A stretch of DNA of 36,834 nt from a virus. Made by a program: the position numbers and the translations under genes. Positions 33,328-36,834 of this stretch are shown piece after piece (within the stretch, counting starts at the first letter, position 1; every line of letters begins with the position of its first letter). The stretch lies in IMG/VR virus record IMGVR_UViG_3300025890_000008; one strand, written 5' to 3'. The notes beneath the pieces are model-generated. The model saw nothing but the letters and a program-made list of their open reading frames with translations. It was not told the origin of the DNA and made no database searches.

Positions 33328-34273
33328 AATCAAAGTTAAACTGATAAGGATACCCCTCCCGCTCCGTTAATTGGAGTGAATTGCTGTGGAAATAGAAGTT
33401 TAAATTACCTTCCCAGGCTCCATGTCTCTGCTTCGCGATGATGATCTGGTGATCATACGACTTAGATAGATATTCCTGCTGCTTCTCATCTAGCTCCCGC
33501 ATCGTAGCTATCTCTTTAAGAGTCTCACGTTTGCGGTTAGGCTGGATAATAATCACATTGTCTGCCATGTCGGACAGAGAACCCGCGCCTCTAATACTGT
33601 ATCGCGAGGGTGCAATTGATTCATCATCATGCATAGGCTTCTTAACATGCGTCACGATGTGCAGGTGGGCTTGATTACGCTTAACTATGTACTGCATCTT
33701 GTTGATGAATTCATTCTGCTTATTGTAATCGTCATATTTCAGGGCGATCTTACTCAGCGAATCCAAAACTACATGCTCACATCCTAGCTCTTTCGTGGCG
33801 TATTGGATGAATCCGATGATTCTTTCGGGCGGTAGAGTATCCAGCGCATCGAAGATATATATCCGATCTTGAGCCCAATCCATAAACCGTTGGACAAACT
33901 CATCTGATGGTCGGCCTTGATGTGCTCCTGCTGCTTGCATTAGCATCCGGTGCAGGGTAACTGTAGGCTGCATCTCCAAGCTACAGATGCACACCTTCCT
34001 AGTCTTCGCGAGATGGAGCATGATCTGGCCTAGCACCATACTCTTCTTCGATCCGTTGTACCCAGTTACCAAGGTCATCTCGGATGGCCTATATCTGAAC
34101 AAATCGAACGCCTTCTGGAAGGGCAGGGCATCACCGTATGCAACATGATCAGTGTTATTGTATTCAATTAAATCATCACGCCAATGACCACTAGACTTTA
34201 GGTCTTGTGATTCCAGGCTGCCGAGTAGCTCCACGTATTCATCATAATCCAATCCCTCCGGTATATTAATCAT
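33326..34273 (-). CDS. DnaB-family replicative helicase-like ATPase (C-terminal RecA-like domain only)
   Basis: SLEMQPTVTLHRML (the DnaB SLEM motif), Walker B HVVLDSLSK and AKQRHG. The P-loop is non-canonical, TGYNGSKKS. Confidence 0.7.
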   Translation of the reverse strand: MINIPEGLDYDEYVELLGSLESQDLKSSGHWRDDLIEYNNTDHVAYGDALPFQKAFDLFRYRPSEMTLVTGYNGSKKSMVLGQIMLHLAKTRKVCICSLEMQPTVTLHRMLMQAAGAHQGRPSDEFVQRFMDWAQDRIYIFDALDTLPPERIIGFIQYATKELGCEHVVLDSLSKIALKYDDYNKQNEFINKMQYIVKRNQAHLHIVTHVKKPMHDDESIAPSRYSIRGAGSLSDMADNVIIIQPNRKRETLKEIATMRELDEKQQEYLSKSYDHQIIIAKQRHGAWEGNLNFYFHSNSLQLTEREGYPYQFNFD

Positions 34274-34899
34274 CTGCTCACCTCCCAGTTATCATCATCT
34301 TTCGTAGATTCACGCTTGCGCTGCTCCCACGTCCTGACCGCGGCCTTCCAATCTTTCATCTGTGCGCTGCCAACTTTCCAACCGCGAGTGGCATACCAAT
34401 CAACAAATCTATCGCCATTAATACCATTCCCTCGCGACTTACAGTATTCAGTAACTTGTTCAGGCGTTGGCGGTGTGAACCGCTTATTAGTATTCTTTTC
34501 TTTCTTATCATTCTTTATATTCTTAAGGTGTGGTGCTTTGCTGGTGCTTTGCTGGTGCTTTGTTGGTGCTTTGCTGGTAACTTCCTGATATAAATCATAG
34601 GAAGTTATTGATATTACTGTGTATTTATTGGTAGTTTGTTGGTGTATCATGCCGTCTTTTTCTAACAGTTTTAGAATTTTTCTGATTTTGTTTTCGTTGA
34701 TGCCAAGACGCTCGGAATACACCTTGCGACCAAAGATTAGCTGCCCTCTTTTGATATCAATTAGCCTTCCGTTAAACAGCCTTTTCTTGTCCTCAAAGTT
34801 AGCTCTCATTAACATTTCTAGCCACATTTTGAGTGTGTCTGCGTCCTGCCATACCCAATGTTCAAGCATAGCCCTGTCTAATTTTATCCATCCTCCCAT
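34270..34899 (-). CDS. Replisome organizer or replication initiator (DnaD-like N-terminal winged helix)
   Basis: WIKLDRAMLEHWVWQD...IKRGQLIFGRKVYSERLGINENKIRKILKLLEKDGMI. The C-terminal FTPPTPEQVTEYCKSRGNGINGDRFVDWYATRGWKVG...KDWKAAVRTWE is typical of phage replication proteins. A strong AGGAGGG ribosome-binding site precedes it. Confidence 0.7.
   Translation of the reverse strand: MGGWIKLDRAMLEHWVWQDADTLKMWLEMLMRANFEDKKRLFNGRLIDIKRGQLIFGRKVYSERLGINENKIRKILKLLEKDGMIHQQTTNKYTVISITSYDLYQEVTSKAPTKHQQSTSKAPHLKNIKNDKKEKNTNKRFTPPTPEQVTEYCKSRGNGINGDRFVDWYATRGWKVGSAQMKDWKAAVRTWEQRKRESTKDDDNWEVSR
34531..34579. repeat. Iterons: 4.5 tandem copies of an 11-bp unit (tggtgctttgc). Putative origin of replication.
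   Basis: Copies start at 34531, 34542, 34553 (one mismatch) and 34564, with a partial copy at 34575. They lie in the linker-coding part of the organizer gene. AT-rich DNA flanks them, and an 8-bp-stem inverted repeat aacttcct...aggaagtt lies at 34579-34606. Confidence 0.6.
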
Positions 34900-35297
34900 T
34901 GCTTATCCCTCCTGGCGATTAGTATTTTTGCGTTGATAATATCTTGCTTATCCTTCGCGGATAGCCTGGTTCCTGCCGCTAAAGTTTTAGGCAGTAGATC
35001 AATGATAGATTCCGCGATTGCTAAGTTATCATCAGTAGATTTCTTAAACAGCGGCTTGTAATTCTCGGTTACTGGCTGCAACACACCGAAATCCAGGCCG
35101 ACAGAATCCAGAATATCTACCGCTCCACAGCCTGCAAAGCAGTGAACTAGTACTCGATCATTTGATTCGCGGATTGAGAGAGATGCACCCTTGTCGGAGT
35201 GACTAGGGCATAGTGCCATCCAGCGTCTATGCCCGTCTCTTGTGCTAGTAGCTTTCACGCCGTCCAAGGCTGAGAGTAATAGGTCAATGTCTGCCAT
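34884..35297 (-). CDS. Stand-alone primase-type zinc-ribbon protein (no TOPRIM or catalytic domain)
   Basis: RWMALCPSHSDKGASLSIRESNDRVLVHCFAGCGAVDILDSVGL is the CHC2-like zinc-binding N-terminus of phage/plasmid primases. The ORF ends after 137 aa. Confidence 0.65.
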   Translation of the reverse strand: MADIDLLLSALDGVKATSTRDGHRRWMALCPSHSDKGASLSIRESNDRVLVHCFAGCGAVDILDSVGLDFGVLQPVTENYKPLFKKSTDDNLAIAESIIDLLPKTLAAGTRLSAKDKQDIINAKILIARRDKQWEDG

Positions 35298-35376
35298 AAA
35301 TTTCCCTTGTAAAATATCAACGGGGACAGTAACCTATCACAGATTACTGCCATCCTCCCCTTGTGCTTGTAATCAC

Positions 35377-35394
35377 GCCCCCTTTCGAGGGGGC
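35377..35394 (-). terminator. GC hairpin downstream of the methyltransferase gene
   Basis: gccccc-tttcga-gggggc. No U tract on the minus strand. Confidence 0.3.
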
Positions 35395-35406
35395 AACCTT
35401 TACCCT

Positions 35407-36264
35407 TTACATTACCGCCTTTATGATTTCCGCTGCCGCTTGCGGGACAATGGCGTTACCCGCTCCCCTGAGCAAGCCCACTCGATTGGGTATCCCATCA
35501 GCCAGAGGGAAAAGCGCGGATTCAGTTGGGATGGGACGGCACTTTCCGTCTCGGCAATAGATGGTTTGTGAGTCAGACCAGAAACCTGCTGAGTCAATGG
35601 AATCCCGGTGTCCTGCGGTCTCGGCGGCTTCGTGCCTCTCTTGGGGTCTGTTGCTGTCGGGGTTGCCCAGGGTGTCAGTTGAGCCGCTACATCCAGTGTG
35701 TCCGTTGATATCTTCCCGTTGCGAATCCTCCCGCCCTTGTATCCTCCCTTGTGGTCTCTCGTTGATGGAGTCGGCCACGAAGAATAGTCTGTCCCTTTTG
35801 TGATACGCGCCGATGCTGCCAGATGGTAGTACGACTGCCCCGCTGGCGTAACCTTCCGCTTCAAAGTCGTCTTGTAAATCATCGAGCCATCCATGTCGGA
35901 TAGCTGCTGCAACTTGTTCACCAAAGACTGCTGTAGGTTGGCACTCTCGGATGAGATTAAAGAAGACAGGCCAGAGGTGTCGCTCGTCATCTTTTCCCTT
36001 TCCTTTCCCTGCTGTTGAGAATGATTGGCAGGGAGGGCTTCCCGTCCAAACAGGTCTGTCTGAACTCCACCCCGCGAGTTGCAATGCTCTTGACCATCCG
36101 CCGATTCCTGCGAAGAAATGGCACTGGGTAAATCCGGTAAGTTCTGATGGCTCGACATCTGCAATACTCCTATTATCCACTTCACCGTCTGGAATTAATC
36201 CGTCTTTGATAAGCTGTTTTAGCCATTCGGCTGCAAATTTGTCCCACTCGTTGTAGTAATTCAT
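35407..36264 (-). CDS. DNA (cytosine-5)-methyltransferase
   Basis: Motif I HFFAGIGGW, motif IV GSPPCQSFS, motif VI FGEQV, motif VIII HKRDRLFFVA and motif X GAGNAIVPQ. The gene is visibly GC-rich relative to the rest of the genome. Confidence 0.85.
   Translation of the reverse strand: MNYYNEWDKFAAEWLKQLIKDGLIPDGEVDNRSIADVEPSELTGFTQCHFFAGIGGWSRALQLAGWSSDRPVWTGSPPCQSFSTAGKGKGKDDERHLWPVFFNLIRECQPTAVFGEQVAAAIRHGWLDDLQDDFEAEGYASGAVVLPSGSIGAYHKRDRLFFVADSINERPQGRIQGREDSQREDINGHTGCSGSTDTLGNPDSNRPQERHEAAETAGHRDSIDSAGFWSDSQTIYCRDGKCRPIPTESALFPLADGIPNRVGLLRGAGNAIVPQAAAEIIKAVM
35421..36158 (-). CDS. Candidate overlapping gene in the +1 frame of the methyltransferase gene (245 aa from the ATG at 36158; the frame is open from 36185)
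   Basis: AGGAG lies 8 nt upstream of the ATG at 36158. The frame has no stop for 254 codons. It contains WPTPSTRD and WATPTATD repeats and an LNPRFSLWLMGYPIEW motif. The long open frame is partly favoured by high local GC. Confidence 0.35.
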   Translation of the reverse strand: MSSHQNLPDLPSAISSQESADGQEHCNSRGGVQTDLFGREALPANHSQQQGKEREKMTSDTSGLSSLISSESANLQQSLVNKLQQLSDMDGSMIYKTTLKRKVTPAGQSYYHLAASARITKGTDYSSWPTPSTRDHKGGYKGGRIRNGKISTDTLDVAAQLTPWATPTATDPKRGTKPPRPQDTGIPLTQQVSGLTHKPSIAETESAVPSQLNPRFSLWLMGYPIEWACSGERVTPLSRKRQRKS

Positions 36265-36431
36265 AGAATCCTTCTACTGGCCTCTAATGGCCTCTCTGGC
36301 GATCCCTTTCCCAATTCTATTTCCAAGGCACGATTGCATGCCCGGCACAGAGCTTGGCCGTCAATAACTTCGTTAGCTGCGTCACTCACAGGAAGTGTCT
36401 TTTCACACTCGTAACACATAAACACTCGCAT
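36261..36431 (-). CDS. Zinc-ribbon miniprotein (56 aa)
   Basis: Hand translation: MRVFMCYECEKTLPVSDAANEVIDGQALCRACNRALEIELGKGSPERPLEASRRIL*, with CxxC...CxxC. ATGA overlap with the methyltransferase start. Confidence 0.5.
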   Translation of the reverse strand: MRVFMCYECEKTLPVSDAANEVIDGQALCRACNRALEIELGKGSPERPLEASRRIL

Positions 36432-36529
36432 TAGATTACCCCAAAGAACAGTGCCAACACTAACAACAGGAGGCCAGATACTACAGCGGCCGATCCTATT
36501 TCGGCCAGAACTATCTTAATTATTTTCAT
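36431..36529 (-). CDS. Single-pass membrane miniprotein (32 aa)
   Basis: Hand translation: MKIIKIVLAEIGSAAVVSGLLLLVLALFFGVI*. AAGGGGA lies 5 nt upstream. TAATG overlap with the next gene. Confidence 0.45.
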   Translation of the reverse strand: MKIIKIVLAEIGSAAVVSGLLLLVLALFFGVI

Positions 36530-36701
36530 TTGAATCCCCTTGATTTAATATTTTAAGTGCATCGCTCTGTGCCTGGGCTATCTCTGCCGGTGTGCATAGC
36601 TCTGCCAATTCATCTACCAGATTTACAGCGTCTGTCAGCCTGTTTTCTGGCGCAGTTATAGCCAGCTGTAGGGCTTTGGTAAGTGCTTGTTTATGTGTCA
36701 T
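36516..36701 (-). CDS. Hypothetical protein (61 aa)
   Basis: ORF track. GAGGGGAG lies upstream of the ATG. Confidence 0.55.
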   Translation of the reverse strand: MTHKQALTKALQLAITAPENRLTDAVNLVDELAELCTPAEIAQAQSDALKILNQGDSNENN

Positions 36702-36735
36702 GGCTCCCCTCTCTTTGGTCTATATTAAAAGCATT
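36691..36735 (-). CDS. 3' end (14 codons plus stop) of the junction-spanning ORF that starts at 141
   Basis: In-frame continuation NAFNIDQREGSHDT* once the 99-bp overlap is collapsed. Confidence 0.45.
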   Translation of the reverse strand, partial: NAFNIDQREGSHDT

Positions 36736-36834
36736 TACAGTAAATATATTCCCAGATCGATCCTTGAAGCGATATTTTGTGACGCTAAATGCTTCACCCC
36801 TTGTTGAATTAATAACCTCTTCGATAACCTTAAC
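36736..36834. repeat. Right copy of the 99-bp terminal overlap
   Basis: Identical to 1..99. An ORF reads straight through the junction, which argues for an assembly overlap rather than a physical genome end. Confidence 0.95.

Noticed and set aside
35242-36256. Five plus-strand ORFs (60-109 aa) antisense to the methyltransferase gene
   Set aside because: They are short, mutually overlapping and featureless. High local G+C lowering stop-codon frequency explains them.
1-36834. tRNA, rRNA, integrase/att sites and reverse transcriptase/DGR
   Set aside because: Reading both strands by eye found no T-arm-like GTTCGAATC motifs or cloverleaf candidates, no tyrosine or serine recombinase motifs, and no RT motifs. 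Without a search tool, absence is only provisional.

Overview
The window is a circularly closed dsDNA tailed-phage genome. Bases 1-99 are repeated exactly at 36736-36834, leaving 36,735 unique bp. I saw no tRNA, rRNA, CRISPR array, integrase, CI-type repressor, DNA polymerase or RNA polymerase.

The genome has two arms.
- Rightward late arm (about 2717-28289): small terminase candidate, T4-type lysozyme, two tiny polybasic proteins, large terminase, portal, scaffold, capsid, three large fibre or receptor-binding proteins with a chaperone, an HTH-metallophosphoesterase, an XhlA-like/holin lysis cluster, an acidic collagen-like protein, tail adaptor/nozzle candidates and three internal-virion-type proteins.
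- Leftward early arm (2167 down to 154, across the junction, then 36701 down to 28299): C5 cytosine methyltransferase, primase zinc-ribbon fragment, DnaD-like replisome organizer, DnaB-like helicase, and a lambdoid recombination set (Erf, YqaJ exonuclease, NinB, NinG, an SSB-like miniprotein). One oppositely oriented moron-like gene sits within this arm.

The most unusual signal is in the GC-rich methyltransferase gene. A second same-strand reading frame of 245-254 codons lies inside it, with its own SD-ATG and its own methyltransferase-like motifs. This suggests a dual-coding locus.

Other points of interest:
- 11-bp iterons inside the replisome-organizer gene, a likely origin.
- A repeat-dense divergent control region upstream of the terminase genes.
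- A 46-triplet acidic Gly-X-Asp collagen-like virion protein.
- An 81-aa protein ending in an SSB-like DVPF tail.
- A frame-interrupted small ORF.

All functional calls come from motif recognition by eye and from gene order. No database search was run.
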